Shown: positions 9,556-19,867, counted from the stretch's first letter. The stretch is DNA of 29,276 nucleotides from Hylemonella sp. (GCA_044376885.1 JBILKC010000001.1:1-29276); one strand, 5' to 3'. The notes: generated by a model from the letters alone, not told the origin. Numbers and translations: made by a program.

Positions 9556-10437
9556 ATGAATTCGTCGACCAATTTCCCTACGTCTAGCCTCAGCCAGTTG
9601 CGCCCGGTACGAAGTCAGTATGAAGACTTCATGCGCCATGTGGACCACAACGGGGTATACAAACCCGACCGTACCGGCACGGGCACCAAGAGCGTATTTG
9701 GCTACCAGATGCGCTTTGACCTCAATGAAGGCTTCCCGCTGGTCACCACCAAAAAAGTGCACCTGCGCTCCATCATTCAAGAACTGCTCTGGTTTCTCAG
9801 TGGTTCATCCAATAACAACTGGCTCAAAGAGCGCGGCGTGAGCATCTGGGACGAATGGGCACGACCGGATGGCGACCTTGGGCCTGTCTATGGCGTGCAA
9901 TGGCGAAGCTGGCCGACGCCCACCCCGGACAATCCGGATGCGCACATCGACCAGATATCTGAAGTCATCAAAACACTGCGAACCAACCCTGACTCGCGCC
10001 GCATCATCGTGAGCGCCTGGAACGTGGCTGAACTCTCCAAAATGGCGTTGATGCCGTGCCATGCCTTTTTTCAGTTCTATGTCGCCCCGTCTGAAGTGCC
10101 GGGTGAAAAGGCCAGGCTGAGCTGTCAGCTGTACCAGCGCAGCGCGGATATCTTTCTGGGTGTGCCTTTTAATATTGCCAGCTATGCCCTGCTCACGCAT
10201 ATGGTGGCGCAGCAGTGCGATCTGGCAGCGGGCGACTTTATCTGGACCGGCGGTGACTGCCACATTTACAGCAATCACCATGAACAGGTGGCCGAGCAAC
10301 TGTCCCGCGCTCCCTACCCCTACCCCACCTTGAACATCAAGCGCAAGCCCCAGTCCATCTTTGACTACCAGTTTGAAGACTTTGAGGTGCTGGACTACCA
10401 GTGCCACCCGGCCATCAAGGCACCGGTGGCGGTGTGA
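9556..10437 (+). CDS. thyA: Thymidylate synthase
   Basis: [50 protein letters not shown]. Confidence 0.97.
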   Translation: MNSSTNFPTSSLSQLRPVRSQYEDFMRHVDHNGVYKPDRTGTGTKSVFGYQMRFDLNEGFPLVTTKKVHLRSIIQELLWFLSGSSNNNWLKERGVSIWDEWARPDGDLGPVYGVQWRSWPTPTPDNPDAHIDQISEVIKTLRTNPDSRRIIVSAWNVAELSKMALMPCHAFFQFYVAPSEVPGEKARLSCQLYQRSADIFLGVPFNIASYALLTHMVAQQCDLAAGDFIWTGGDCHIYSNHHEQVAEQLSRAPYPYPTLNIKRKPQSIFDYQFEDFEVLDYQCHPAIKAPVAV

Positions 10438-11333
10438 TCAGACCGCACCAATTGCTCGCGCTGGTGGGCCTTACCCTGATGTGGGGCATCAACTGGCCGA
10501 TGATGAAACTTTCCCTGCGGGAAATGACCCCGATGTACTTTCGGGCCATCACCATGTCTGGCGGGGCGCTGTGGCTGTACCTGTTTTACCGCGCCCGTGG
10601 CGTACGCATGTGGCCGCAGCGTAACGAATGGCGCTCGTTGATCCAACTTGGCACATTCAACATGTTGGGCTGGCATGCCATCTCCATCCTGGGCGTGCGG
10701 GAGCTGGCTTCCGGGCGAGCCGCCATTCTGGGCTTCACCATGCCCATCTGGACGGTGTTGATCAGCGTGCTTTTTCTGGGTGAAAAATTGACCCGACGTC
10801 TGGCTTTTGCCGTTGTTGCCGTTGCTGTTGCGATTTTTCTGCTCACCGCCAACGAGCTCACCACCCTGGCAGGCAGGCCCCTGGGTGTCCTGTGGATGGA
10901 AATCAGCGCGATCCTATGGGCCATAGGAACGTTGATGATGCGCCGCGCCCAACTGACCCTGCCTGTGGAAACCCTGACTGTGTGGATGATGATTCTTTCC
11001 AGCGCCTGTTTGTGGGTCATTGCCCTGACCTTCGAGCCCTGGCCAAGTTGGCAGTTCTCAGGGGCCTTTTGGGGCAGCGTGGCCTACGGCGCATTGATCA
11101 ACTATGGCTTTGCCCAAATCATCTGGGCCAGTCTGGCGCGCAATCTGCCGCCCTCCACCAGTGCCATGAGCATCATGGCCATTCCGCTGGTAGGCATACT
11201 GGCTGCCACCTTCATTGTGGGTGAATGGCCACACTGGCAGGACTTTCTGGCCATCGTCTTTGTCATGGCTGCCATTGCCGCGGTGCTACTGCCGCCGCGC
11301 AACCGGCCTCGCCCAAACACACTAGACCCATGA
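10434..11333 (+). CDS. EamA/DMT family transporter
   Basis: About 10 hydrophobic segments, [22 protein letters not shown]; GTG start overlapping the thyA stop (GTGA). Confidence 0.9.
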   Translation: MIRPHQLLALVGLTLMWGINWPMMKLSLREMTPMYFRAITMSGGALWLYLFYRARGVRMWPQRNEWRSLIQLGTFNMLGWHAISILGVRELASGRAAILGFTMPIWTVLISVLFLGEKLTRRLAFAVVAVAVAIFLLTANELTTLAGRPLGVLWMEISAILWAIGTLMMRRAQLTLPVETLTVWMMILSSACLWVIALTFEPWPSWQFSGAFWGSVAYGALINYGFAQIIWASLARNLPPSTSAMSIMAIPLVGILAATFIVGEWPHWQDFLAIVFVMAAIAAVLLPPRNRPRPNTLDP

Positions 11334-11839
11334 ACATTCAGCTCATATTTGCCCGCGCTGCCAATGGCGTGATTGGCAAGGACAACGCCATGCCCTGGCA
11401 TCTGCCGGAAGACCTGGCGCACTTCAAACGCACCACCATGGGAGCCCCGGTCATCATGGGGCGTAAAACCTGGGACTCATTGCCCCCGAAATTCCGGCCC
11501 CTGCCCGGGCGGATCAACGTGGTGGTCACGCGGCAAACCGATTGGTTGCACCATGCAGGCAATCCCGTCGGCGTGCAGTACGCAAACGGTCTTGGTCTTG
11601 CCCTGGACCAACTGCGCAGCCACGCGAACGTCTGGGTGATCGGTGGCGCCGAGATTTATGCACAAGCCATGCCGCTTGCCAGCAAAGCCGTGGTGACTGA
11701 AATTGATGCCACCTTCGAGGGCGATGCTTTTGCCCCGCAATTCGGACCCGATTGGACAGAAACCACGCGTGAAAGCCATGTTTCATCGACAGGCCTTCAG
11801 TTTAGTTTTGTGACCTACACACGAAAAGAAGGAGACTGA
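11330..11839 (+). CDS. folA: Dihydrofolate reductase
   Basis: NGVIGKDNAMPWHLPEDLAHFK, IMGRKTWDSL, RPLPGRIN, WVIGGAEIY, FEGDAF; ATGA overlap with the EamA stop. Confidence 0.95.
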   Translation: MNIQLIFARAANGVIGKDNAMPWHLPEDLAHFKRTTMGAPVIMGRKTWDSLPPKFRPLPGRINVVVTRQTDWLHHAGNPVGVQYANGLGLALDQLRSHANVWVIGGAEIYAQAMPLASKAVVTEIDATFEGDAFAPQFGPDWTETTRESHVSSTGLQFSFVTYTRKEGD

Positions 11840-11840
11840 T

Positions 11841-12434
11841 ATGTCCGGTAATGGATTTCACGTACACGGCCCGCACGACCACGAGCTGGAGCACGCCCAG
11901 CAGGGTGGCCACGGCGAACACGGCTCAGGCGGCATGATCAACCAGATTGCCATGTTCACGGCCATCATTGCCACGGTGGGCGCGCTGTTTTCCTATATGG
12001 GCGGGGCTACCCAGGCCAACGCCGGGCTGTTCAAGAACAATGCCGCCATCAAAAAAACAGAGGCATCCAACCAGTGGAATTATTTCCAGTCCAAAAGCAC
12101 GAAGCAATCGCTGGCCGAAGTCTCGCGTGACCTGACCCCACGTGAAGAAGACAAGTCCAAATACCAGGCCAAGATTGACCGCTACGAAAAAGAAAAACTC
12201 GAGATCAAACTGGCTGCAGAAAAGCTGGAAGCAGAAGCCACCTCCTGGGACCATCAAAGCGATGAGCAAATGCACCAGCACCACCGCTGGGCCCAGGCCA
12301 CCACCGTGTTGCAGGTGGCCATCGCGCTGGCTGCCATTGCACTGCTGACCAAAAAGAAATGGCTGGAATACGCCATGTTTGTCGGTGGTGCCGCAGGTGT
12401 TGTCATCGGCTTGCTTGCCGCGCTACACATTTAA
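11841..12434 (+). CDS. DUF4337-like membrane protein with His-rich N-terminus
   Basis: GFHVHGPHDHELEH, ASNQWNYFQSKS, coiled segment, two terminal hydrophobic helices; starts 1 nt after the folA stop. Confidence 0.8.
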   Translation: MSGNGFHVHGPHDHELEHAQQGGHGEHGSGGMINQIAMFTAIIATVGALFSYMGGATQANAGLFKNNAAIKKTEASNQWNYFQSKSTKQSLAEVSRDLTPREEDKSKYQAKIDRYEKEKLEIKLAAEKLEAEATSWDHQSDEQMHQHHRWAQATTVLQVAIALAAIALLTKKKWLEYAMFVGGAAGVVIGLLAALHI

Positions 12435-12501
12435 GCGCATAAAGCCATTGATCTGTCTGCAAATAATCAGTTAGGACGCATAAAAACGGTTGACGACACT
12501 C

Positions 12502-13269
12502 ATGAAACTTGCCACCTGGAATGTGAACTCTCTGAACGTGCGCCTGCCGCAGGTCATCGCCTGGCTGCAGGACAATCCGGTTGATGTGCTGGCGCTGCAG
12601 GAGCTTAAGCTCACCGACGACAAGTTCCCGCACGACGCGTTTGCCGACATCGGCTACACAGCGCAGTGTTTCGGCCAGAAAACCTACAACGGGGTGGCGC
12701 TGCTCTCGCGCCTGCCGGCTGCCGACGTGGTGAAAAATATTCCCGGCTTTTCCGATGAGATGGCGCGCGTGATCACGGGCACATTTGACAATGACATCCG
12801 GGTGGTTGGTGCCTATTTCCCCAATGGTCAGGAGCCGGGCAGCGATAAATTTGAGTACAAGATGAACTGGCTCAAAGGCCTGCGCAGCTGGATACAGCAA
12901 GAACTGCTGATCCACCCCAAGCTGGTGTTAATGGGGGATTTCAACATCACCTTTGATGACCTCGATGTCTGGGACCCGGTGGGCATGCGCGACCAGATTC
13001 ACTGCACCGAGGAAGAGCGTTACCACCTGAGGGCGCTGATTGCCATGGGTTTTCACGACAGCTTGCGGCTGTTCGAGCAGCCTGCCAAAAGCTACTCGTG
13101 GTGGGACTACCGCGATTTCGGGTTCAAGCGCAACCGTGGGCTTCGCATCGACCACATCCTGGTGAGCTACGCCCTCAAACCCGGGGTGAGCGCCTGTCAG
13201 ATAGACAAAACACCCCGAAAAAACGAACGCCCCAGCGATCATGCGCCGGTGGTCATCAGCCTGGCTTGA
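12502..13269 (+). CDS. xth: Exodeoxyribonuclease III
   Basis: MKLATWNVNS, LQELK, YNGVALL, YFPNG, GDFNI, GLRIDHIL, SDHAPV. Confidence 0.95.
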   Translation: MKLATWNVNSLNVRLPQVIAWLQDNPVDVLALQELKLTDDKFPHDAFADIGYTAQCFGQKTYNGVALLSRLPAADVVKNIPGFSDEMARVITGTFDNDIRVVGAYFPNGQEPGSDKFEYKMNWLKGLRSWIQQELLIHPKLVLMGDFNITFDDLDVWDPVGMRDQIHCTEEERYHLRALIAMGFHDSLRLFEQPAKSYSWWDYRDFGFKRNRGLRIDHILVSYALKPGVSACQIDKTPRKNERPSDHAPVVISLA

Positions 13270-13286
13270 ATCCGTCGGATTCGTTT
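13268..13286. terminator. Weak hairpin between convergent xth and ntrC
   Basis: GAATCC-GTC-GGATTC followed by GTTT; short stem and short U-tract. Confidence 0.3.
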
Positions 13287-13312
13287 CGCCGGATCCATTT
13301 CACCGGCTTGAC

Positions 13313-14785
13313 CTACTCCAGCCCGAGTTCCTGGATCTTGCGCGTGATGGTGTTGCGGCCTATGCCCAGCCGGACGGCCGCCTCGATACGACGACCATGT
13401 GTGCTGTTCAGGGCAGACGCGATCAGTTGAGACTCAAAGCGTCGCGTCAGAATATCCCACACGTCGTTGTGACCGCTCGCCAACAACGCATCCGCTTCGG
13501 CTTTGAGGCCGGATTCCCAGCTCATGCCCGTATTGGACACAGGGGCCAACCCGGCAGACGCATCCATCACGTTGTCGCCAACCGGTATGTCGGTGACTGA
13601 TGTTGGCAGCGTTTGAGGGATTTTGACGTCCACTTCAGGGGGCAGGTCTTTGGGCTCAATCAACTGCGCCGGGGCCATCACCGTGAGCCAATGGCAAATA
13701 TTTTCCAGCTGACGCACATTGCCCGGGAAACTGAATTTAGCCAGCCAAGCCAGCGCCGAGTCGGCGATTCGCTTGGGCTCCACATCCAGCTGCATGGCAC
13801 TGATGTGCAGGAAATGGCGCGTCAGCATGGGGATGTCCTCCAGCCGTTCACGCAGGGCGGGTAGTCGCAGGCGAATGACGTTGAGCCGGTGAAAAAGGTC
13901 TTCGCGGAAATTACCTTCTGCCACCCGCTGCTCCAGGTGCTGGTGCGTGGCGGCAATCACGCGGACATTGGCTTTGACTGCGCTGTGACCGCCCACCCGG
14001 TAGAAGTGGCCATCACTGAGAACACGCAAGAGACGGGTTTGCAGATCAAACGGCATATCGCCGATTTCATCCAGGAACAGCGTACCGCCATCAGCCTGCT
14101 CAAAGCGTCCGCGCCGCATGGTCTGGGCACCTGTAAACGCGCCGCGCTCGTGACCGAAAAGCTCAGACTCCAGCAGGTCTTTAGGAATGGCTGCCGTGTT
14201 GATGGCCACAAAAGGGCCCTTGGAACGGGGCGAGTGCTTGTGCAAAGCACGGGCCACCAGCTCCTTGCCTGAGCCGGATTCGCCGGTGATCAGTACCGTC
14301 ACATGGCTGTGACTCAAACGCCCGATGGCCCGGAACACATCCTGCATGGCCGGCGCGTGGCCAAGCATTTCAGGCGCCTCTTCCATACGGTCTTCCGCCA
14401 CTTCTTCACGCTGGCTTTCCTCTACCGCGCGGCGAATCAACTCGACTGCTTTGGGCAAATCAAAAGGCTTGGGCAGGTACTCGAAAGCACCGCCCTGAAA
14501 CGCAGACACTGCGCTGTCAAGGTCAGAGAAGGCCGTCATGATGATGACCGGCAGGCCAGGATGCAGGGCTTTGACTTTCTCCAGCAAATCCAGTCCGGAG
14601 CTGCCCGGCATGCGAATGTCGCTGACCAGAATTTGCGGGCCGTCTTCCTCGGTTGCACTCGCCAGGGCAGCCAGAACATCACGGGGGTTCGAGAAGCTCC
14701 GGGTGGGCAGTTGTTCGCGCAGCAATGCCTTTTCCAGCACAAAGCGGATGGACTGGTCATCATCTACGATCCAAATCGGCTTCAT
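13313..14785 (-). CDS. ntrC: Nitrogen regulation response regulator NR(I)
   Basis: Receiver (WIVDDD, SDIRMPG), AAA+ ([14 protein letters not shown]), C-terminal HTH ([12 protein letters not shown]). Confidence 0.97.
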   Translation of the reverse strand: MKPIWIVDDDQSIRFVLEKALLREQLPTRSFSNPRDVLAALASATEEDGPQILVSDIRMPGSSGLDLLEKVKALHPGLPVIIMTAFSDLDSAVSAFQGGAFEYLPKPFDLPKAVELIRRAVEESQREEVAEDRMEEAPEMLGHAPAMQDVFRAIGRLSHSHVTVLITGESGSGKELVARALHKHSPRSKGPFVAINTAAIPKDLLESELFGHERGAFTGAQTMRRGRFEQADGGTLFLDEIGDMPFDLQTRLLRVLSDGHFYRVGGHSAVKANVRVIAATHQHLEQRVAEGNFREDLFHRLNVIRLRLPALRERLEDIPMLTRHFLHISAMQLDVEPKRIADSALAWLAKFSFPGNVRQLENICHWLTVMAPAQLIEPKDLPPEVDVKIPQTLPTSVTDIPVGDNVMDASAGLAPVSNTGMSWESGLKAEADALLASGHNDVWDILTRRFESQLIASALNSTHGRRIEAAVRLGIGRNTITRKIQELGLE

Positions 14786-14815
14786 GTCGTGTCCAAGGTC
14801 AGGCTGCCTGAAACG

Positions 14816-15889
14816 TCAGGGCAACGGTATTGATATTTTGAAATGCGTACGACCGGGCTCGCTGTCACATTCAATCAGGCCATGGTGCTGCTGAACAAAG
14901 GTTTGAGCCAAAGTCAGCCCCAGGCCAGAACCACCCTCCCTGCCCGACACCAGCGGATAGAAAATGCGGTCCTTGATCGAATCTGGCACGCCAGGTCCGT
15001 TGTCTATGACATGCAATTCCAGTGCCAACTTGTAGCGGTTTTTCCCCAGGGTAACCTGCCTCACGACACGGGTGCGAAAGATCAGTTCGGCATCACCGTA
15101 GGAAATTCTGTCCACCAGAGCCTGACAGGCATTTTGCGCAACATTGAGTACGGTTTGGATGAGTTGCTCACGGTCCCCCCGCAAGGTTGGAATCGAGATA
15201 TCGTAATCCCGGACCAGGCGTAAACCTTTGGGGAACTCAGCCAGAACCAGCGAGCGAACCCGCTCACACACCTCATGCACATTGACCTCCCCCACCACAT
15301 GAGGGCGGCGGTGCGGCGCGAGCAGCCGGTCAACGAGTAACTGCAAGCGATCCGCCTCGTGAATGATCACTTGGGTGTATTCCCGCAGTTCGCGCGAGTC
15401 AATCTCCATCTCCAGCAGCTGTGCCGCACCGCGGATGCCCCCCAGAGGGTTTTTGATTTCATGCGCCAGATTCCGGATCAGTTCCTTGTTGGCCTGCGCC
15501 TGATCGAGCAGCCGCTCCTCCCGGTCCTGGCGGGTTTGTTGTTCCAGGGGCAGCAACTCAACGATGATTTCGTCTGGTTTTTCGGTTTGGGTGACCGTGA
15601 TGTGAAGCGGCATGAGATCACGGCTCGGTCGCTTGAGCCAGCCGTCATAGCGCAATACGGCAAATTTATTGCCGCCTACAGAGGCCAGTGCATTTTTGAG
15701 AACCTGCGGTTCTGTCAGGTTGTCGGCAAAGTCGGTTCCTTCCAGATTGCGGCGGGACGAGCCCAAGGTATCTTCCAGTGTTGAGTTGACAAACGACAGG
15801 GTTGCGTTGCTGTCAACCACAGCAACCAGGGTTGCCAGAAGATCAAAGGCTTGAAAGCGTACCGGTGAAGTAAGGTCGTCGCGTTGCAA
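14816..15889 (-). CDS. ntrB: Nitrogen regulation sensor kinase NR(II)
   Basis: PAS-like N-terminus, LAHEIKNPLGGIRGAAQLL, DNGPG, GSGLGL; TTG start. Confidence 0.95.
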   Translation of the reverse strand: MQRDDLTSPVRFQAFDLLATLVAVVDSNATLSFVNSTLEDTLGSSRRNLEGTDFADNLTEPQVLKNALASVGGNKFAVLRYDGWLKRPSRDLMPLHITVTQTEKPDEIIVELLPLEQQTRQDREERLLDQAQANKELIRNLAHEIKNPLGGIRGAAQLLEMEIDSRELREYTQVIIHEADRLQLLVDRLLAPHRRPHVVGEVNVHEVCERVRSLVLAEFPKGLRLVRDYDISIPTLRGDREQLIQTVLNVAQNACQALVDRISYGDAELIFRTRVVRQVTLGKNRYKLALELHVIDNGPGVPDSIKDRIFYPLVSGREGGSGLGLTLAQTFVQQHHGLIECDSEPGRTHFKISIPLP

Positions 15890-15895
15890 TTGGAG

Positions 15896-16384
15896 CTACT
15901 TTGAAACAGGAAGGCGCGCGATTTCACGCCGGATGCCACCGATGTCACTCTCCAGCCGGTCCAGGCCTAGTTTGAGTTCAGCCACCCGGTCAAGGTACTT
16001 TTGGTGGTTACGCGTCTCCGGGCCCAGCTTGTCAGGCTCGCCGTTGTTGTATTCCCGCAGAAGCTCATCGCGGCGGGCTTCTGCGCGTTTCAACTCAGAC
16101 TCAAGAATCAGCCGGGTATCGGAGTCGCGCGAGCGCTGGTCGATGCCATCCCCACGCGGCGCAGCGGGTCCGGTGTTGGCCACTCGGGCAGGTGCAGGTA
16201 CAACTGGCGGACGTTGGCCCTGAACCACCGTGACATTGCCGCCTTCGAGCAATTGACAACTGCCCTTCTGCGCCTCGGTAATGGTGTTGGTGTACGCATT
16301 GCCGCATCGGTAAATTCGGTTTTGTGCCTGCACATTGGCAACAGCCACTAGGGCAGCGAGAAGAATCAGTAAAACATGTTTCAT
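15896..16384 (-). CDS. Secreted hypothetical protein (DUF4124-like N-terminus, coiled-coil C-terminus)
   Basis: Signal peptide MKHVLLILLAALVAVANVQA, then IYRCGNAYTN, a Pro-rich linker and a helical C-terminus. Confidence 0.8.
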   Translation of the reverse strand: MKHVLLILLAALVAVANVQAQNRIYRCGNAYTNTITEAQKGSCQLLEGGNVTVVQGQRPPVVPAPARVANTGPAAPRGDGIDQRSRDSDTRLILESELKRAEARRDELLREYNNGEPDKLGPETRNHQKYLDRVAELKLGLDRLESDIGGIRREIARLPVSK

Positions 16385-16422
16385 GATGTGTTTACGCACC
16401 CATCAAGGCGGGGCGTCTGGCC

Positions 16423-16450
16423 AGTATCCCCCAATCAACAGGAAATTCAA
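16423..16450 (-). promoter_or_regulatory. Candidate sigma70 promoter for hypothetical-ntrB-ntrC
   Basis: TTGAAT-N16-GATACT just downstream of the glnA terminator; only 4/6 matches in each box. Confidence 0.3.
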
Positions 16451-16470
16451 ATACGGGCATTGCAGAAATG

Positions 16471-16496
16471 GAAAAGGACGGCAGGCCGTCCTTTTC
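16471..16496 (-). terminator. Intrinsic terminator downstream of glnA
   Basis: Perfect inverted repeat GAAAAGGACGGC / GCCGTCCTTTTC; minus strand continues TTTTCCATTTC. Confidence 0.8.
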
Positions 16497-16539
16497 TATG
16501 CCGAACCATCTCGCAAAAGATGGTCCTGCGAATAGCCAC

Positions 16540-17955
16540 TTAGAGTGAATAGTACATGTCGTACTCAACAGGATGCGGTGCCATACGGAAACGCGTGACT
16601 TCTGTCATTTTGAGCTCGATATAGGCATCGAGCATGGAATCGGTAAACACGCCGCCTTTGGTCAGGAAACTGCGATCCTTGTCAAGATACTCCAGCGCCT
16701 GATCAAGGCTGTGGCAAACGGTTGGAACTTTTGCATCTTCCTCGGGAGGCAAATGGTACAGGTCCTTGGTGGCGGCTTCGCCGGGATGGATCTTGTTTTC
16801 CACGCCATCCAGACCAGCCATCATCAATGCCGAGAAGCACAGGTAGGGGTTGGCAGACGGATCGGGAAAGCGCGTCTCAATGCGACGGCCTTTGGGGTTG
16901 GCCACAAAGGGAATACGCACCGAAGCCGAGCGATTGCGTGAGCTGTAGGCCAGTTTCACAGGAGCCTCAAAACCGGGGACCAAGCGCTTGTAGCTGTTGG
17001 TGCCTGGATTGGTAATGGCGTTGAGCGCACGTGCGTGCTTGATCACGCCACCAATGTAATACAGGGCAAAGTCGGACAAACCAGCATAGCCGTCACCCGC
17101 AAACAGGTTTTTGCCGTCTTTCCAGATGGACTGGTGCACGTGCATGCCGCTTCCGTTGTCGCCAGCGTAGGGCTTGGGCATGAAGGTGGCAGTTTTGCCA
17201 TACGCATTGGCCACATTCCAGACCACATACTTGAGCACCTGGGTCCAATCGGCGCGCTGCACCAGCGTGCTGAACTTGGTGCCGATCTCGTTTTGACCGG
17301 CGCCCGCCACTTCGTGGTGGAACACCTCAACCGGAATGCCCAGGGATTCAAGAATCAGGGACATCTCAGCGCGCATGTCCTGGGTGCTGTCAACGGGAGG
17401 TACGGGGAAGTAACCTCCTTTGACCGTAGGACGGTGGCCGCGGTTGCCGCCTTCAAGCTTGGCACCGGTATTCCAGGGAGCTTCGTACTCTTCAATTTCA
17501 AAACCGACTTTGCCGGGATCGTTGGACCAGCGCACGCCATCAAAAATAAAGAACTCGGGTTCGGGGCCAAAAAATGCGGTATCGCCCAGACCTGAGGCTT
17601 TCAGGTAAGCCTCTGCGCGCTTGGCAATGGAACGGGGATCACGGTCGTAGGCTTTGCCATCGCTGGGCTCTACCACATCACAGCTCATGAACATCGTGGT
17701 TTCTTCAAAGAAGGGGTCGATGTTGGCGGTGTTGGGATCGGGCATGAGCTGCATGTCTGATGCTTCAATGCCTTTCCATCCGGCAATCGAGGAACCGTCA
17801 AACGCATGGCCTGAGGTGAACTTATCTTCATCAAAGTGCGACACCGGCACCGTGACGTGCTGCTCTTTGCCGCGGGTATCGGTGAAGCGGAAGTCAACAA
17901 ACTTGACTTCGTTTTCTTTCACCATCTTCATTACGTCTGCGACGGTCTTGGCCAT
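16540..17955 (-). CDS. glnA: Glutamine synthetase type I
   Basis: [41 protein letters not shown], adenylylation loop TKDLYHL; SD GGAG. Confidence 0.98.
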   Translation of the reverse strand: MAKTVADVMKMVKENEVKFVDFRFTDTRGKEQHVTVPVSHFDEDKFTSGHAFDGSSIAGWKGIEASDMQLMPDPNTANIDPFFEETTMFMSCDVVEPSDGKAYDRDPRSIAKRAEAYLKASGLGDTAFFGPEPEFFIFDGVRWSNDPGKVGFEIEEYEAPWNTGAKLEGGNRGHRPTVKGGYFPVPPVDSTQDMRAEMSLILESLGIPVEVFHHEVAGAGQNEIGTKFSTLVQRADWTQVLKYVVWNVANAYGKTATFMPKPYAGDNGSGMHVHQSIWKDGKNLFAGDGYAGLSDFALYYIGGVIKHARALNAITNPGTNSYKRLVPGFEAPVKLAYSSRNRSASVRIPFVANPKGRRIETRFPDPSANPYLCFSALMMAGLDGVENKIHPGEAATKDLYHLPPEEDAKVPTVCHSLDQALEYLDKDRSFLTKGGVFTDSMLDAYIELKMTEVTRFRMAPHPVEYDMYYSL

Positions 17956-18007
17956 CAAATACTCCTGGTTGGACAATTGTTAATAAAACTTGCTCAGTGA
18001 TACCGTA

Positions 18008-18023
18008 TGCAGTTTTTGTGCCA
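18008..18023 (-). promoter_or_regulatory. Sigma54 (-24/-12) promoter of glnA
   Basis: Minus strand TGGCACAAAAACTGCA: GG-N10-GC with TGGCAC core. Confidence 0.85.
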
Positions 18024-18108
18024 AATATCAATCTGACCTGAAACCACAGAAGCCGTATTCTGCCTTGAGTTTGCAGCCCTCAGAAGCAGCCACAGCAACA
18101 AAAAGAAA

Positions 18109-18125
18109 TGCACCATACAAGGTAA
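18109..18125. promoter_or_regulatory. NtrC-type binding site (one good half-site)
   Basis: TGCACCA-TAC-AAGGTAA versus consensus TGCACCA-N3-TGGTGCA; about 120 nt upstream of the inferred start site. Confidence 0.55.
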
Positions 18126-18137
18126 CAACTCACAAAA

Positions 18138-18154
18138 TGCACCAATGTTGTGCT
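18138..18154. promoter_or_regulatory. NtrC-type binding site (enhancer)
   Basis: TGCACCA-ATG-TTGTGCT, 12 of 14 consensus positions; about 150 nt upstream of the inferred start site. Confidence 0.7.
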
Positions 18155-18183
18155 TAATTTGTAAGGCAATGACTTTTAAGGGA

Positions 18184-19035
18184 TTAATTTCGCACCAATT
18201 CAGGGCCAAGCTTGCATCCATCTGCCGACAAGCTTGCAAACATGGCTGAATAAGCCGGTTCAACATGCGAAATCAGGCCCTTGACGCCCAGTTCGATGTG
18301 ACGCCCGTACTCCGGGTGATCCACGCTGGGCAAGCTGAACACCTTGATGTTCGGATAGTTGCGCTCAAGGACTTCCATCAAGGGCGTCAGGTTCGACTCC
18401 ATGGCGCCCAGCACAATCACCGATTTCTCCACCCAGGCGGCCGTTTGAAAGAACGCGCTGTAGTGTGTGTCCAGTGTTGCTGCCACCATCGGCCAGGCCA
18501 TCACCGGAAAGCCCGGCACGAAATGCACAACGCCCCCTAGGGGGGAACGGCAGCTAAAGCCGGGTATCTTGTTATACGGGTTCGCAATGATCTCGGCCCC
18601 GACCGGAAAGACCCCCATGTTGAGCCGGTGAATGTTGTCAGCCCGGTCCGGGTTGTAAGGAACACCCTGCTCCAGAGCGACCTCTTTGATGCGTTCCCGA
18701 ATCAGCAACTCGGCCTGTGGGTGTAGCACCAGATCGGTGCCCAGCGCCCGGGCAGCACACTGGCGCGTGTGGTCGTCGGGTGTGGCGCCAATGCCGCCGC
18801 AGGAAAACACCACGTCGCCAGATTCAAATGCGCGCTTGAGTGTGGCGGTAATACGATCTGGTGAATCCCCAACGTAATCTGCATAACTGAGTTGCAAACC
18901 GCGCTCGTGCAGCAGTTCTATGACTTTGGGCAGGTGTTTGTCTACGCGCTTGCCGGAAAGAATTTCATCGCCAATGATGATCAATCCAAAAACCGGCGTT
19001 TCTGAAGTGGGCTTAGGGGTGCTGGGGTGTGTCAT
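18184..19035 (-). CDS. Molybdopterin-binding-domain protein (CinA N-terminal / COG1058-like)
   Basis: IIIGDEILSGKR, GGIGATPDDHT, NPYNKIPGF, FVPGFPVMAWPM; no CinA C-terminal deamidase domain. Confidence 0.88.
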   Translation of the reverse strand: MTHPSTPKPTSETPVFGLIIIGDEILSGKRVDKHLPKVIELLHERGLQLSYADYVGDSPDRITATLKRAFESGDVVFSCGGIGATPDDHTRQCAARALGTDLVLHPQAELLIRERIKEVALEQGVPYNPDRADNIHRLNMGVFPVGAEIIANPYNKIPGFSCRSPLGGVVHFVPGFPVMAWPMVAATLDTHYSAFFQTAAWVEKSVIVLGAMESNLTPLMEVLERNYPNIKVFSLPSVDHPEYGRHIELGVKGLISHVEPAYSAMFASLSADGCKLGPELVRN

Positions 19036-19867
19036 GCTGCAATGCTAACGGCTCAGAAGAAGGGGGAGGCGTGTTCTGGTCACGAACCAGAACCAGGGCA
19101 GCCAGGCAGAAATGGGCAAACCACAACGCCGAGAAAACAAATACCAGGGTGTAGAGCAATATCGCCAACGGCACCATCAGGGGGGCCATAACGACTGCCG
19201 CCGCGCCAAATGTAAACACCAGTGCAGGTGCCGACCCCAGATAAGCAGTCAGGACACCAATGGCCAATAACCACAAACGATGCTGTTGCATGACTTCAAT
19301 CCGCTCAGCTTGTGTTGCATGGGCGGCCAGCACATCAAAGCTCATCACCCGGTAGGTCAACCAGCCCCAGACCAGGGGAGGCAGAATCATGATGAGCGGC
19401 GGAATGAACCACAGGGGCATTGAAATCACCAGCGCAAGGATTGCGAGCACCGAAGAGCTCAGCCCCAACCACAGGCTGGGCCACAGGGTACTGCCAGGCT
19501 GTGCCTGAAGAGTTGGGAAGCGCCGTTTAGCCACCAGCGTCACCAAGGGAGGCATCAGTATCCAGGTGACCAGCAGCAGCGTGATCATGATGATCAACGG
19601 AATTGCCAGACACAAAACAATGAATGGCGCGAGCACATTGCGCAGACTCTGCCCCCCCACGGCATCCAGCCACTTCAGAAAGGTCTCCAGCAAAGCCAGT
19701 TGACCCACCCATTGCTGCACGGCATTGACGGCAGGCTCCCAGAAAAAGTAGCTGAGCGCACTGCCGAGCCCCACCATCAACAGCTGGGGCACCAACAACA
19801 AGACCATGACCCGCGGGTGCAGACAATACCCCAATGCACGCCAGAAAGAGTCCATGAACAAGCTCAT
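19013..19867 (-). CDS. EI24/CysZ-like membrane protein
   Basis: SFWRALGYCLHP, VAKRRFPTL, WGWLTYRVMSFDVLAAHA; multiple hydrophobic helices; ATGA overlap with the desaturase stop. Confidence 0.82.
   Translation of the reverse strand: MSLFMDSFWRALGYCLHPRVMVLLLVPQLLMVGLGSALSYFFWEPAVNAVQQWVGQLALLETFLKWLDAVGGQSLRNVLAPFIVLCLAIPLIIMITLLLVTWILMPPLVTLVAKRRFPTLQAQPGSTLWPSLWLGLSSSVLAILALVISMPLWFIPPLIMILPPLVWGWLTYRVMSFDVLAAHATQAERIEVMQQHRLWLLAIGVLTAYLGSAPALVFTFGAAAVVMAPLMVPLAILLYTLVFVFSALWFAHFCLAALVLVRDQNTPPPSSEPLALQHDTPQHP
19036..19050 (-). promoter_or_regulatory. Candidate -10 directly before the COG1058-like gene start (leaderless-type)
   Basis: Minus strand TAGCAT-TGCAGC-ATG; no SD; lies inside the EI24 3' end. 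Confidence 0.4.

Noticed and set aside
9916-9945. Short insertion in ThyA ([11 protein letters not shown])
   Set aside because: A few extra residues in a variable loop; no splicing or intein features.
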